Assembly (NCBI GenBank): GCA_019057795.1
Contig: JAHLWS010000038.1
Location: 1-64,000 of the forward strand
Direction of reading: 5' to 3'
Source of the DNA: Promethearchaeota archaeon
GTDB lineage: Archaea; Asgardarchaeota; Lokiarchaeia; Sigyniarchaeales; SOKP01
Length of the DNA stretch: 64,000 nucleotides
Shown: one piece after another, positions 8,837 through 19,306 of the stretch
Numbering within the stretch: position 1 is the stretch's first letter
Layout of the letters: every line of letters starts with the position of its first letter
The notes under the pieces: generated by a model
Told to the model about the DNA's origin: nothing
What the model saw: the letters and a program-made list of their open reading frames with translations, nothing else
The model's database searches: none
Position numbers and translations under genes: made by a program

Positions 8837-11800
8837 ATTACATTCTATTAAAGAATTTGAGGTGTTATCTAAAAAGATTATCGAAAGTCATGATTCTAAA
8901 AAACATATTATATCTTTATCTTCAGGTACATGTGGTTATGCAAGTGGTTCAATTAAGGTTGGAGAGGCATTAAAACAAGCAGTTAAAGGATATGAAAATA
9001 AGATTGACCTAAAACTAACAGGATGCCACGGTTTTTGTGCGGCAGAACCCAATATAATAATATTCCCTGAAAAAATTTTCTATAAAAACTTAAAACCAGA
9101 AGATGCACCTAATATTATACAATCTATATTAAAAGGAAAGATAATTGATAATTTGGTTATTAGCGAGAATGGAATAAAATATGACCATATTTATGATATT
9201 CCTTTTTATAAACTCCAAAAGCGTATACTTACAGGAGATAATCCCCTTATAGATCCTACAAATATCGAAGATTATATAGCGATTGGTGGTTATAAAGCAC
9301 TTGCTAAAGCTTTAAGTATGCATCCTAAAGATATTATTGAAGAAATAAAGAAATCCGGATTAAGGGGTAGGGGTGGAGCAGGATTTTCGACAGGAATTAA
9401 ATGGGAAATTGCGAGTAAACAAAAAAGTGATGTTAAATACATAATTTGTAATGCTGATGAAGGTGATCCTGGGGCTTACATGGATAGAAACCTACTTGAA
9501 GGTAATCCGCAATTAATTATTGAAGGTATGATAATTGGTGCCTATTCAATAGGTGCAAATAAGGGATGGGTTTATGTTCGCGATGAATATCCACTTGCTG
9601 TGGAAAATGTCGCTATAAACATTAAGAAAGCAAGAGAAATGGGCGTTCTTGGTAAAAATATACTTAATACTGGTTTTGATTTTGATATAGAAATTACACG
9701 CGGTGCAGGTGCATTTGTTTGTGGTGAAGAAACGGCATTAATCCATTCTATAGAGGGTAAGAGAGGTATTCCAAGTCAACGACCACCTTTTCCAGCTCAA
9801 AAAGGACTTTTTGGCAAACCTACAAACATAAATAATGTAGAAACATGGGCTAATGTGCCTAAAATTATTGAAAAAGGTGCAGACTGGTATGCAAATATCG
9901 GTACCAAGACGAGTAAGGGTACAAAAATATTCTCACTTGTTGGTAAAGTTGAAAATACTGGATTAGTTGAAGTACCTATGGGTATTACTATAAAAGAGAT
10001 AGTATATGATATTGGTGCTGGAAACTCAACTGGTAAAAATATAAAAGCTATACAGACTGGTGGTCCATCTGGTGGATGTATTCCACAAGACCTTTTTAAT
10101 CTGCCAATTGATTATGAATCACTTAAGCAGGCAGGTTCTATAATGGGTTCAGGTGGAATGATTGTATTGGATGAAGATACATGTATGGTTGATTTTGCAA
10201 AATACTTCACAAATTTCTTACAGAATGAATCCTGTGGTAAATGTTCAATATGTAGAGAGGGTACTCAACGTATGTTTGAAATACTGACAGATATAACCGA
10301 AGGTAAAGCAAATATTGAATCCATTGATCTGCTTGAAGAGCTTGGTCATGTAATAAAAGATACTTCTTTATGTGGACTTGGCCAAACTGCTCCGAATTCT
10401 GTGCTTTCTACACTAAAATATTTCAGAAATGAGTATTTGGAACATATTTTAGAACATTATTGTAGAGCAGGGGTTTGTACAAGCCTTTTAAAATCTCCAT
10501 GCGAAAATAGTTGCCCAGTCCATCTAAATATTCCAGGATTTATACAATTATTCAAAGAAAATCGTCTTGAAGAAGCATATGAATTGATTATGCTTGATAA
10601 TCCTCTTCCCGCAACTACAGGGCGAATTTGTTTTGCACCTTGTAATAATCGGTGTAAAAGAGTATATATAGATGAAACTATCAATACAAGATCTCTTCAT
10701 CGCTATATTTCAGACACTATATATAAAATGAAAAAGGATGAAGAAATTATAAATAGGTTTATAGGTAAAAAATTACCAACAACAGGAAAGAAAATTGCAA
10801 TAATTGGAGCTGGTCCTTCGGGTTTAACTGCAGCTTATTATTTAGTTAGATTGGGTCATTTAATAGATGTATATGATAAAAAATCTAAACCTGGAGGAAA
10901 ATTATTATATAGTATTCCTGAATACCGTCTCCCTACAAATGTTTTAGAACATGAAATAGATATTATTAGAAAATTAGGAGTAAATTTCATTTTAAAAACA
11001 GAAATTGGTAAAGAAATACATTTAAATAAATTAATTGAAGATTATGATGCAATATATATTACAACTGGTACTCAAAAAATAATACCTTTGAATATTCCTG
11101 ATTATGATGCTCCCGGTGTACTTTTAGGAATTGAAGAATTAGAGAAAATTAAAAACAGTGAATTTAGTCAAAATAAAGATAAAATAGTAATTATTGGTGG
11201 CGGAAATACTGCATTAGATGTTGCAAGATCATTAAAGAGATTGGGAGGGGATGTTACTATTGCTTATCGTCGTACTTTAAGAGACATGCCTGCAAATGAA
11301 GAAGAAATAAAAGAGGCAATGAAAGAAAATATTGAATTTATGTTCATGGTTTCTCCTCATACTATTGTAAGTAACGATGATAATTTAAAAGGAATTGAAC
11401 TTATGAAAATGAAAGGTGGTGAATATGATCCATCTGGCAGAAGAAAACCTATTCCTATTGGTGAAACAGTTATCATCCCTTGTGATAAAATATATACAGC
11501 TATCGGTGAAAGGATAAATATTAATTTTGTAGAATGCACGGATGTTAGTATCAAGGATACTGTGGAAATAAATCCGACTACTTTGCAGTCTAGTAATCCT
11601 AAAGTATTTGCAGGAGGGGATTTTATAACAGGGCCAACTACTGTTGTAAATTCTATGTCAGAAGGTAAGAAAGCAGCTCGAAATATAAATATTTTCCTAA
11701 TAGGTGATGATAACTTTTCTGAATTATACAAAGATTTTGATTATAAAGGCGAAATTCCTCTTGAATCTGAAATTTCTCCTAGAATTATGGAAATAGAAAT

Positions 11801-11924
11801 TCCAGTGAAAGAAAGAATTTCCAATTTTAAAGAAGTTAGAAAAACTTTATCAAAAGAGCAAGCAATAAATGAAGCTATTAGATGTTTACGATGTGATTTA
11901 GAAATAATAGAAAAAAATAAATGA
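8829..11924 (+). CDS. NuoF/HydB-like FMN/NADH subunit fused to a GltD/NfnB-like FAD/NADPH domain
   Basis: N-terminal part: GLRGRGGAGF, NADEGDPGAYMD, CGEETAL, ESCGKCSICREG. C-terminal part: PCENSCP, GRICFAPC, IIGAGPSG, IGGGNTA..YRR, FAGGD. Confidence 0.92.
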   Translation: MNKLHSIKEFEVLSKKIIESHDSKKHIISLSSGTCGYASGSIKVGEALKQAVKGYENKIDLKLTGCHGFCAAEPNIIIFPEKIFYKNLKPEDAPNIIQSILKGKIIDNLVISENGIKYDHIYDIPFYKLQKRILTGDNPLIDPTNIEDYIAIGGYKALAKALSMHPKDIIEEIKKSGLRGRGGAGFSTGIKWEIASKQKSDVKYIICNADEGDPGAYMDRNLLEGNPQLIIEGMIIGAYSIGANKGWVYVRDEYPLAVENVAINIKKAREMGVLGKNILNTGFDFDIEITRGAGAFVCGEETALIHSIEGKRGIPSQRPPFPAQKGLFGKPTNINNVETWANVPKIIEKGADWYANIGTKTSKGTKIFSLVGKVENTGLVEVPMGITIKEIVYDIGAGNSTGKNIKAIQTGGPSGGCIPQDLFNLPIDYESLKQAGSIMGSGGMIVLDEDTCMVDFAKYFTNFLQNESCGKCSICREGTQRMFEILTDITEGKANIESIDLLEELGHVIKDTSLCGLGQTAPNSVLSTLKYFRNEYLEHILEHYCRAGVCTSLLKSPCENSCPVHLNIPGFIQLFKENRLEEAYELIMLDNPLPATTGRICFAPCNNRCKRVYIDETINTRSLHRYISDTIYKMKKDEEIINRFIGKKLPTTGKKIAIIGAGPSGLTAAYYLVRLGHLIDVYDKKSKPGGKLLYSIPEYRLPTNVLEHEIDIIRKLGVNFILKTEIGKEIHLNKLIEDYDAIYITTGTQKIIPLNIPDYDAPGVLLGIEELEKIKNSEFSQNKDKIVIIGGGNTALDVARSLKRLGGDVTIAYRRTLRDMPANEEEIKEAMKENIEFMFMVSPHTIVSNDDNLKGIELMKMKGGEYDPSGRRKPIPIGETVIIPCDKIYTAIGERININFVECTDVSIKDTVEINPTTLQSSNPKVFAGGDFITGPTTVVNSMSEGKKAARNINIFLIGDDNFSELYKDFDYKGEIPLESEISPRIMEIEIPVKERISNFKEVRKTLSKEQAINEAIRCLRCDLEIIEKNK

Positions 11925-11950
11925 TTAAATGTTGGAAAAATTGATTTAAT

Positions 11951-12664
11951 ATGCCAAAAATAAAAATTGATGGAATTGAGGTTAATTGTCCGGAATATTG
12001 GACAATTCTTGATGCTGCAAAATTTATTGGAATTAATATACCCACTCTTTGTTATCACGAGGGTCTTTCAATGTGGGGTGGTTGTCGTCTATGTATTGTT
12101 GAAATAGGGAAAGATAAAAACACAAAAATGGTTTCCTCGTGTACATTCCCTGTTCAAGAAGGTCTTTACATCCGAACTGCAAGTAAAAAGGTAATCAAAT
12201 CAAGAAAAATGATACTTGAGCTTTTAATTGCACAAAATCCGACTGCAAAAGTATTACAAGATCTTGCATCTAAAATAGGATTGAATAAAATCAGGTTTAA
12301 ACCTAAATGGGAAACCTGTATTTACTGTGGTTTATGTATCAGGATGTGTGAAGAACAGATGATGGCAAAGGCTATTGGATTTGTTAATAGAGGAAATAAG
12401 CTAAAAATAACTACCCCCTTTGATAAAAACTCGGAGGATTGTCAAAGATGTGGTGGTTGTATGTATATTTGCCCAGCATGCACAATAAGATGTGACGGGG
12501 CCCATCCAGAAAGTGTGTTATGTAATGGCTGTTATAATATACTCCAACCTACGTGCTTGGATGTTTATGATAATTACGCATGTTGGATGGGGTTAAAAGG
12601 AGAATGTGGAATTTGTGTTACTACATCAACTAATCAAAAAATAAATGAAAAAAGGGAGATATAA
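11951..12664 (+). CDS. 2Fe-2S / 2x4Fe-4S subunit (NuoG/HydA N-terminal-like, no catalytic domain)
   Basis: IPTLC..GGCRLCIVE, CIYCGLCIRMC, CQRCGGCMYICP and a Cys-rich tail. Confidence 0.88.
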   Translation: MPKIKIDGIEVNCPEYWTILDAAKFIGINIPTLCYHEGLSMWGGCRLCIVEIGKDKNTKMVSSCTFPVQEGLYIRTASKKVIKSRKMILELLIAQNPTAKVLQDLASKIGLNKIRFKPKWETCIYCGLCIRMCEEQMMAKAIGFVNRGNKLKITTPFDKNSEDCQRCGGCMYICPACTIRCDGAHPESVLCNGCYNILQPTCLDVYDNYACWMGLKGECGICVTTSTNQKINEKREI

Positions 12665-12667
12665 AAA

Positions 12668-14248
12668 ATGGTAAACTTAAAAATAAATGCTTCGGCTGCC
12701 ACATTGACGAAAAATAGAACTGAGGATTCAATTGTACCTGAAAGTGGAATGTGTGCTACTTGCATAGATGGTTGTATCGGTATGTGTGATGTTGGAAAAT
12801 CTGCATATAGGGGTTCAGAAGTATTATATCCAAAGCCCTTTGGTTTGATAACATCTGCAGGTGTAAAAAGTTATCCGGTGGATTTTTCTCAGTTTACAAT
12901 ACTAGGCTCATGTAGAGGTGCATATGGTATTGAAGCAGATTCTGATAAAGCATTATTCATGAACGTGAATTTAGAGCAAAGAATAGGGCGAGATAAAAAA
13001 ATCAAGTTAAAACTTCCATTTATTATTCCAGGACTTGGCTCAACAGCTGTAGCGAAAAATAATTGGGACGGACTTGCAATTGGAGCAGCGCTTTCAGGAA
13101 TAATTCTTACAATTGGTGAAAATGTGTGTGGTATGGATCCTAATTCAAAACTAGAAAAAGGAAAGATAGTGTATTCCGAAGATCTTGAAAATAGGGTTAA
13201 ACTTTATAAAGAATGGCAGCAAGATGGTTATGGTGGAATTGTAGTTCAAGCAAATGTCGAGGGTACAAAACTTGGTGTGCAGGAATATGCATTAGATAAA
13301 TTAGGTGTAGAAATAGTAGAACTTAAATGGGGGCAAGGAGCTAAAGATATCGGTGGAGAGGTAAAATTAAAAACTTTAAAACGCGCCCAAGTGCTTAAAG
13401 ATAGGGGTTATTTCGTACTGCCAGATCCTTATGATCCAACAGTTATAAAGGCATTTGAAAACCATGTTTTTAATGAATTTGAGCGCCATTCAAGGTTAGG
13501 TATGGCAAGTGAGGAGGGTTTCTGTAAAAGAGTAGAAGAATTAAGATCTTTGGGAGCGAAATATGTTTTCTTAAAAACAGGAGCATATAGACCTAAAGAT
13601 TTGGCTCTTGCAGTAAAATGTGCCTCTGAGGCTAAGATTGACTTATTAACAGTAGATGCGGCAGGAGGCGGGACAGGAATGAGCCCATGGAGGATGATGA
13701 ATGAATGGGGTGTGCCCCGTTTTGAGCTTTGGTCACTTCTTTATAAATATCTTGATATTCTATCGAAGAAAGGAAAATACATTCCTGATATTGCAATTGC
13801 CAGTGGTATTACTATGGAAGATCAGATATTTAAGGGTTTAGCATTAGGCGCTCCCTATTTTAAACTAGCGGGTATGGCTAGAGCACCACTAGCGGCAGCA
13901 ATGGTCGGTAAAACTATAGGTAATTGTTTAGATGATGGTGAATTACCTGTATATATTTCGCGTTTTGGAAGAAGAAAAGAAGAGATTTTTATAACAGCCC
14001 CTGAGCTTCGGCGTAAATTTGGAGATAAATTCGATTCAATACCTTCAGGTGCAATTGGGTTATATACATATATGACTAGACTTGAGCAAGGACTTAAACA
14101 ATTGATGTGCGGAGCAAGAAAATTCGCATTAGAACATATTACTCGAGATGACATTGCTTCATTAACACATAAAGCTGAAGAAATAACTGAAATTCCATTA
14201 GTAATGGATTGCGATAAAGAAGAAGCTGAAAGACTTCTTGATTTTTAA
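12668..14248 (+). CDS. FMN-binding glutamate synthase family protein (GltB synthase domain only)
   Basis: ELKWGQGAKDIGG, DAAGGGTG and N-terminal CATCIDGCIGMC; no amidotransferase domain. Confidence 0.88.
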   Translation: MVNLKINASAATLTKNRTEDSIVPESGMCATCIDGCIGMCDVGKSAYRGSEVLYPKPFGLITSAGVKSYPVDFSQFTILGSCRGAYGIEADSDKALFMNVNLEQRIGRDKKIKLKLPFIIPGLGSTAVAKNNWDGLAIGAALSGIILTIGENVCGMDPNSKLEKGKIVYSEDLENRVKLYKEWQQDGYGGIVVQANVEGTKLGVQEYALDKLGVEIVELKWGQGAKDIGGEVKLKTLKRAQVLKDRGYFVLPDPYDPTVIKAFENHVFNEFERHSRLGMASEEGFCKRVEELRSLGAKYVFLKTGAYRPKDLALAVKCASEAKIDLLTVDAAGGGTGMSPWRMMNEWGVPRFELWSLLYKYLDILSKKGKYIPDIAIASGITMEDQIFKGLALGAPYFKLAGMARAPLAAAMVGKTIGNCLDDGELPVYISRFGRRKEEIFITAPELRRKFGDKFDSIPSGAIGLYTYMTRLEQGLKQLMCGARKFALEHITRDDIASLTHKAEEITEIPLVMDCDKEEAERLLDF

Positions 14249-14398
14249 TCTTAAAACTTTTTTTCTTTTTTTTAGTTCTTACTGAACAAAAAACTGATTC
14301 TTATTTTCTAATAGATTGTTTTATTAAAAAAAATTTAATTTTAAATGCAATAGAAAATTGTTAGTAATCAGAATACTAATAATTTGGAATTTAGAATT

Positions 14399-15649
14399 AT
14401 GATAATAAACCCATATGAGAGTGCTAAAAAAAAAATTGATATAGCAGCAGAATTAATTAATTTACATCCGAATACTTTGGAATATCTGAAAAAAACGGAA
14501 AGAGCCCTCATTGTTTCTATCCCAATAATGATGGATGATGGTTCTCTCGAAATTTTTGAAGGATACAGAGTTCATCATTCTACTTTACGAGGTCCAGCAA
14601 AAGGAGGAGTAAGATATTCTCCCTTTGTGACTCTTGACGAGATGAAGGCTTTAGCTCTTTTGATGACGTTTAAGACTGCTTTATTAGGGTTACCTCTTGG
14701 TGGTTCTAAAGGTGGTATAAGAGTCGATACTAAAAAGTTATCGAACAGAGAATTAGAGCTTTTAACGAGAAGATATACAATGGAAATAATAAATATGATC
14801 GGACCAGATAGAGATATTGCCGCACAAGATATGTATACAGACTCACGTATAATGGCTTGGATGATGGATACATATAGCATGCAAAAAGGGCGATCTATTC
14901 CTGGAGTAGTAACTGGTAAACCAATTGATATTGGAGGCACTATAGGAAGTATTGAAGCTCCTGGTACAGGAATGTGTTATTTACTAGAACATTTATGCCA
15001 AAAATTAAATTATAATTTAAAAAAAATGAGTGTTGTAATTCAAGGTTTTGGAAAAGTGGGGTCTGTTGTTGCAAAGCAATTGTCCAACATATCCTGCAAT
15101 GTTATTGCAATCTCTGAAGAAGAAGGAGGGATATACTCGCCAGATGGTTTAGATATAGACACATTAATTAAATGGAAACAACAAGGTAATTTATTAAAAG
15201 AATATGAGGGCAAAAATACAAGACCAATAACTAATGATGAATTACTAAGCACTAAATGTGATGTTTTGATCCCTGCAGCTATGGAAAATCTGATTTATAG
15301 CGGAAATGCAGATAAGATAGATTGTAAAGTAATATTAGAAGGAGCTAATAGTCCAACGACTTCTCAAGCAGATAAAATCTTGGAGGAAAAAGAAATAATA
15401 GTTGTTCCAGATATTCTTGCAAATAGTGGAGGCGTATGTGTATCTTATTTTGAATATATTCAAGATATGCATAGTTATTTCTGGAAGTTAGATCGCGTTA
15501 ATAGAGAAATGAAAACTATTCTTCTATACACATTTGAGGAAATATTTAAATTTTCAAAAAAAACGGATTCATCACTCAGAACGGCAGCATATGCTATTAG
15601 CACAAATCGATTAGCAAAAGCACATGAATTGAGAGGTTTATTTCCATAA
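14399..15649 (+). CDS. glutamate dehydrogenase-like protein, copy 2 (divergent motifs)
   Basis: GDH fold, but DIAAQDM replaces DIPAPDV and GSIEAPG replaces GRxxATG. ATG at 14399 chosen by analogy with copy 3. Confidence 0.88.
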   Translation: MIINPYESAKKKIDIAAELINLHPNTLEYLKKTERALIVSIPIMMDDGSLEIFEGYRVHHSTLRGPAKGGVRYSPFVTLDEMKALALLMTFKTALLGLPLGGSKGGIRVDTKKLSNRELELLTRRYTMEIINMIGPDRDIAAQDMYTDSRIMAWMMDTYSMQKGRSIPGVVTGKPIDIGGTIGSIEAPGTGMCYLLEHLCQKLNYNLKKMSVVIQGFGKVGSVVAKQLSNISCNVIAISEEEGGIYSPDGLDIDTLIKWKQQGNLLKEYEGKNTRPITNDELLSTKCDVLIPAAMENLIYSGNADKIDCKVILEGANSPTTSQADKILEEKEIIVVPDILANSGGVCVSYFEYIQDMHSYFWKLDRVNREMKTILLYTFEEIFKFSKKTDSSLRTAAYAISTNRLAKAHELRGLFP

Positions 15650-15744
15650 ATGTGAGTATTTTAGTTTATGTGGAATAATTAATTATTAGATTTAGCAGAA
15701 ATTATTATAAAAAATAAAAAATAAAAAAAAGAAAGTGTAATATA

Positions 15745-16995
15745 ATGGTCATTAATCCTTTTGAAATGGCAAAAAAGCAGATTGATATTGTAGCAGAAGT
15801 GATGGATTTAGATCCAAATATTCTTAAGTTTCTAAAAAGAGTAGAACGTTCTTTAATAGTTTCTATTCCAATTATGATGGATGATGGTACTTTAAAGGTT
15901 TTTGAAGGTTATAGGGTTCATCATTCAACAATCAGAGGACCTGGGAAAGGCGGATTACGATATTCTCTAGGCGTTAATCTCGATGAAGTAAAAGCTTTAG
16001 CAACATGGATGACATGGAAATCTAGTCTATTAAACTTGCCTTTAGGGGGCGCTAAAGGTGGTATATGCGTTGATCCTTTTAAATTGTCTAAAAAAGAGCT
16101 AGAAAAACTTACAAGAAGGTTTACTGCTGAAATTATTAATATCATAGGACCAGATATTGATATTCCCGCTCCAGATGTTAATACTAACGCACAGATTATG
16201 GCATGGATTATGGATACCTACAGTATGCAAAAAGGACGGACGATTCCTGGCGTTGTAACTGGAAAACCAATTGAAATTGGCGGTTCTGTTGGTAGAGCAA
16301 ATGCTACCGGAATGGGCTTGTATTTTGTGCTTCAGGCTTTAGTTGAAAAACTAAGTTTAGATTTAAAATCCTTAAAGATTGTAGTTCAAGGTTTTGGCAA
16401 TGTAGGAGGTACGATTGCCGATCTACTTTATAAACACGGATGTAAAGTTATTGCCGTCTCAGATATATCAACGGGCATTTACTGCGAAGATGGCTTAGAT
16501 GTAGAAAAATTATTAGATTGGGCTAAACAAGGTAATTTATTAAAAGATTATAAAAATGATAAGTATAAGCTTATTAGTAACGACGAGCTACTTACATCAA
16601 AATGCGATGTATTAATCCCAGCAGCCATAGAAAATCAAATAACAGAAAAAAATGCGGAGAAAATAGACTGCAAAATAGTTTTAGAAGGTGCAAATGGGCC
16701 TACAACACCAGAAGCGGATAAAATTTTGTTAAAGAAAGAAATTTATGTTGTACCAGATATTCTCGCCAATAGTGGTGGAGTTTGCGTCTCTTACTTCGAA
16801 TATGTCCAAGATATTAATTCGTACTTCTGGAAACTAGATCGTATTAACGAAGAACTTAAAAGAATAATAATTGAAGCTTTCGAAGAAACGTATAAAATCT
16901 CAAAAGCGAGAAACATTTCGCTTCGTACAGCCGCCTACATTATAGCGGTATCAAGAATCGCGAAAGCAATTGAGTTAAGAGGGATTTTCCCTTAA
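15745..16995 (+). CDS. gdhA: glutamate dehydrogenase, copy 3
   Basis: GPGKGGLRY, MTWK, GGAKGG, DIPAPDV, GRANATG, QGFGNVG. Confidence 0.93.
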   Translation: MVINPFEMAKKQIDIVAEVMDLDPNILKFLKRVERSLIVSIPIMMDDGTLKVFEGYRVHHSTIRGPGKGGLRYSLGVNLDEVKALATWMTWKSSLLNLPLGGAKGGICVDPFKLSKKELEKLTRRFTAEIINIIGPDIDIPAPDVNTNAQIMAWIMDTYSMQKGRTIPGVVTGKPIEIGGSVGRANATGMGLYFVLQALVEKLSLDLKSLKIVVQGFGNVGGTIADLLYKHGCKVIAVSDISTGIYCEDGLDVEKLLDWAKQGNLLKDYKNDKYKLISNDELLTSKCDVLIPAAIENQITEKNAEKIDCKIVLEGANGPTTPEADKILLKKEIYVVPDILANSGGVCVSYFEYVQDINSYFWKLDRINEELKRIIIEAFEETYKISKARNISLRTAAYIIAVSRIAKAIELRGIFP

Positions 16996-17021
16996 ATCTT
17001 TTTTTTTATTAAAATTTCTTT

Positions 17022-18341
17022 TTATGAAGTAAAGGGAATAAGGATTAATAAATAAAGGCATGAAATTACGATATGAATAAACGCAAACATAGCTCCTGTT
17101 TTCAACAACCTTTTGAAACCTAGATTTTCTACACCACTATCTTTGGCTACTTTAAGAGTCATCATGTCTGCAGCAGCCCCAGAAGGTAGAATGTTTCCCC
17201 CAATATTTACAGCAACGATAAAGGCAAATAGTAGAGGTACTGCTGGAAAGGCAAATTCCTCTATTAAAACTTCAATTATTGGTAAAAAGATCAGTGCTAT
17301 TGGCGTATTTGCTACAAAACCAGAAAGTAGGGAAACAAGAATAAGGATTATAAATACTGTTAATATAGGACCAAAAGATTCGAAAGGAATCAAAGCAATA
17401 ATGTCTCGAAACCCAGCTTGTAACATGCAATTTATAAGCACATACATGGAGATGAAAAAGAAAATAATTTCCCATTCAACATCTTTTAAGATTTTTCCCA
17501 TTGGTTTATTAGTATATTTTCTATTTACTAAAACTAAAATTACTGCTGAAATTGCAGCTGTAAGATATAGTAAAGGTAATACGACAAATAAAACAATTGT
17601 AACGAGTATAGCGATGCTATTAAAGTAAAACATTGTTTTATTTTTGATCATAACATCCGTACTTATTAGTTCTAAAACGTACTCTCTCTGTTGCGCTTCA
17701 ATCTCCGGCTCTTTTGAAAGCATTAATTTATCTATCAAAAATATGGTTAAAAACAGCAATCCAAAAGAAAAAACCCAGAAATATTGGAAAAAAAAGACCG
17801 TATCAAGTCCAAACCAAGTAGAAATAATGATATTTTCACCACTTGAAAAGGGGGTAATGATACTTCCTATGTTAATGCATATCGTCATTCCTAGAAGGTA
17901 AGTACCCGCTCTTATTTTTAAAAAATGACAAAGGCGAACGACTACAGGTGCTAAAATAATAACCACGACCACATCACTGATAACAGCTGCTAATAATGTA
18001 GTAATAACGCAAAGTAGATAAAGAAAGTATCGTTGATTTCCTTTTGAGATTTTAAAAATCTTTACGGCTAGATATTCTAACACATTTGAATCCTGAGCAA
18101 TTTTAGATATAATACTCATGCTCATTATAATTATTATTGCTTGCCATTCAATAGATAATACAAAATTATCAAACCAATTGTCAAAATTTAAGGGGACTTC
18201 CAATACTAAACCAGTTACAAATGCAGCTATGAACATACATATTAGGCTAATTGCTACGAAATCTACATCTTTCATAGAGTAACTTACAATAATTAATGCA
18301 AAGACAATAAAAACAAAAATGAGTAGAGGAAGATTAATCAT
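17022..18341 (-). CDS. ArsB/NhaD/SLC13 (IT superfamily) permease
   Basis: Multi-TM protein with NIGSIITPFSSGENII and NIGGNILPSGAAA repeats. Confidence 0.85.
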   Translation of the reverse strand: MINLPLLIFVFIVFALIIVSYSMKDVDFVAISLICMFIAAFVTGLVLEVPLNFDNWFDNFVLSIEWQAIIIIMSMSIISKIAQDSNVLEYLAVKIFKISKGNQRYFLYLLCVITTLLAAVISDVVVVIILAPVVVRLCHFLKIRAGTYLLGMTICINIGSIITPFSSGENIIISTWFGLDTVFFFQYFWVFSFGLLFLTIFLIDKLMLSKEPEIEAQQREYVLELISTDVMIKNKTMFYFNSIAILVTIVLFVVLPLLYLTAAISAVILVLVNRKYTNKPMGKILKDVEWEIIFFFISMYVLINCMLQAGFRDIIALIPFESFGPILTVFIILILVSLLSGFVANTPIALIFLPIIEVLIEEFAFPAVPLLFAFIVAVNIGGNILPSGAAADMMTLKVAKDSGVENLGFKRLLKTGAMFAFIHIVISCLYLLILIPFTS

Positions 18342-18457
18342 TTCTCTAAATTAAGTAAGATGTTAGTTTTATATTAATATTGTTTAATTGTTTAATAAAC
18401 CTAATTAAAGTACATTTTCAAGGTTTTTAGAATGCATAGACTATTTCCTAGATAAAA

Positions 18458-19306
18458 TTATTTTAATAAAAAAAGTTGTAAAAGAAATTTGAACAAATTT
18501 AGTTCATTTAGTAGAGAAATGTTAGAAATCAAATATTCAAAAATATTCTCTTCTATAAAATAATGTAGACTTACATAATATCCCTCTTGGGTTTTTATCA
18601 TTTCAACAATCCTTCTTATTAAATTAATAATTTGCTTTTCAACTACCAGCATGTCACATTTAGTAGGGTCAATATTAATGATATTAATTCCAGTAGAACG
18701 GCTAAATGAAAACTTGCTTAATTCAGAATGATTCTTCACGTATTCATTCCTTAAATAATGTTCAAACATAGATTCGATTTGAGAATTAATCATTTCTTTT
18801 TTTTCAGCTGGAAAATGAGCTTCAATTAGATTGGTAAGTAAATTTAATATCTGTTGAAATACACCTAAAATATCAAAATATTCTGCGATTGTTGTGATAT
18901 TTTCGGCTGTTAACCACTGCGCATAGTATTCATCGATAACATCTTTAAAAGGGCTAAAAAGATCTGTATCGCCTTTCCATATAGAGCCCCACTTTTCTTT
19001 ATCTCCAGAAACATATTGCTCAATAAATGTTTGCATGATAACATTGAGCCGAGCTTTTAACATATTTGAACTTATATTTTTCTCAGATGCCGCAATAAAC
19101 AACAACTTACACTCTTTATCTTCTAAATAGGACCATCGGAGTCCTCCCATTTCAATACTTTCTATACCTTGTTGAAATTCATAAGTAGTAAATTGATTTA
19201 ACGCGGCTAAAAGACCACTTATGAGGTCTTCGTCTAAAGCCAAATCCATATACGGTTTATATAATAAAGTTATTCCGCTTTCAGAATCTAAAATCCATAC
19301 GTTCAT
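18458..19306 (-). CDS. longin-like domain protein
   Basis: The N-terminal pattern VWILDSESGITLL..DEDLISGLLAALNQF..IESIEMGG resembles Asgard longin-like domains. Confidence 0.6.
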   Translation of the reverse strand: MNVWILDSESGITLLYKPYMDLALDEDLISGLLAALNQFTTYEFQQGIESIEMGGLRWSYLEDKECKLLFIAASEKNISSNMLKARLNVIMQTFIEQYVSGDKEKWGSIWKGDTDLFSPFKDVIDEYYAQWLTAENITTIAEYFDILGVFQQILNLLTNLIEAHFPAEKKEMINSQIESMFEHYLRNEYVKNHSELSKFSFSRSTGINIINIDPTKCDMLVVEKQIINLIRRIVEMIKTQEGYYVSLHYFIEENIFEYLISNISLLNELNLFKFLLQLFLLK

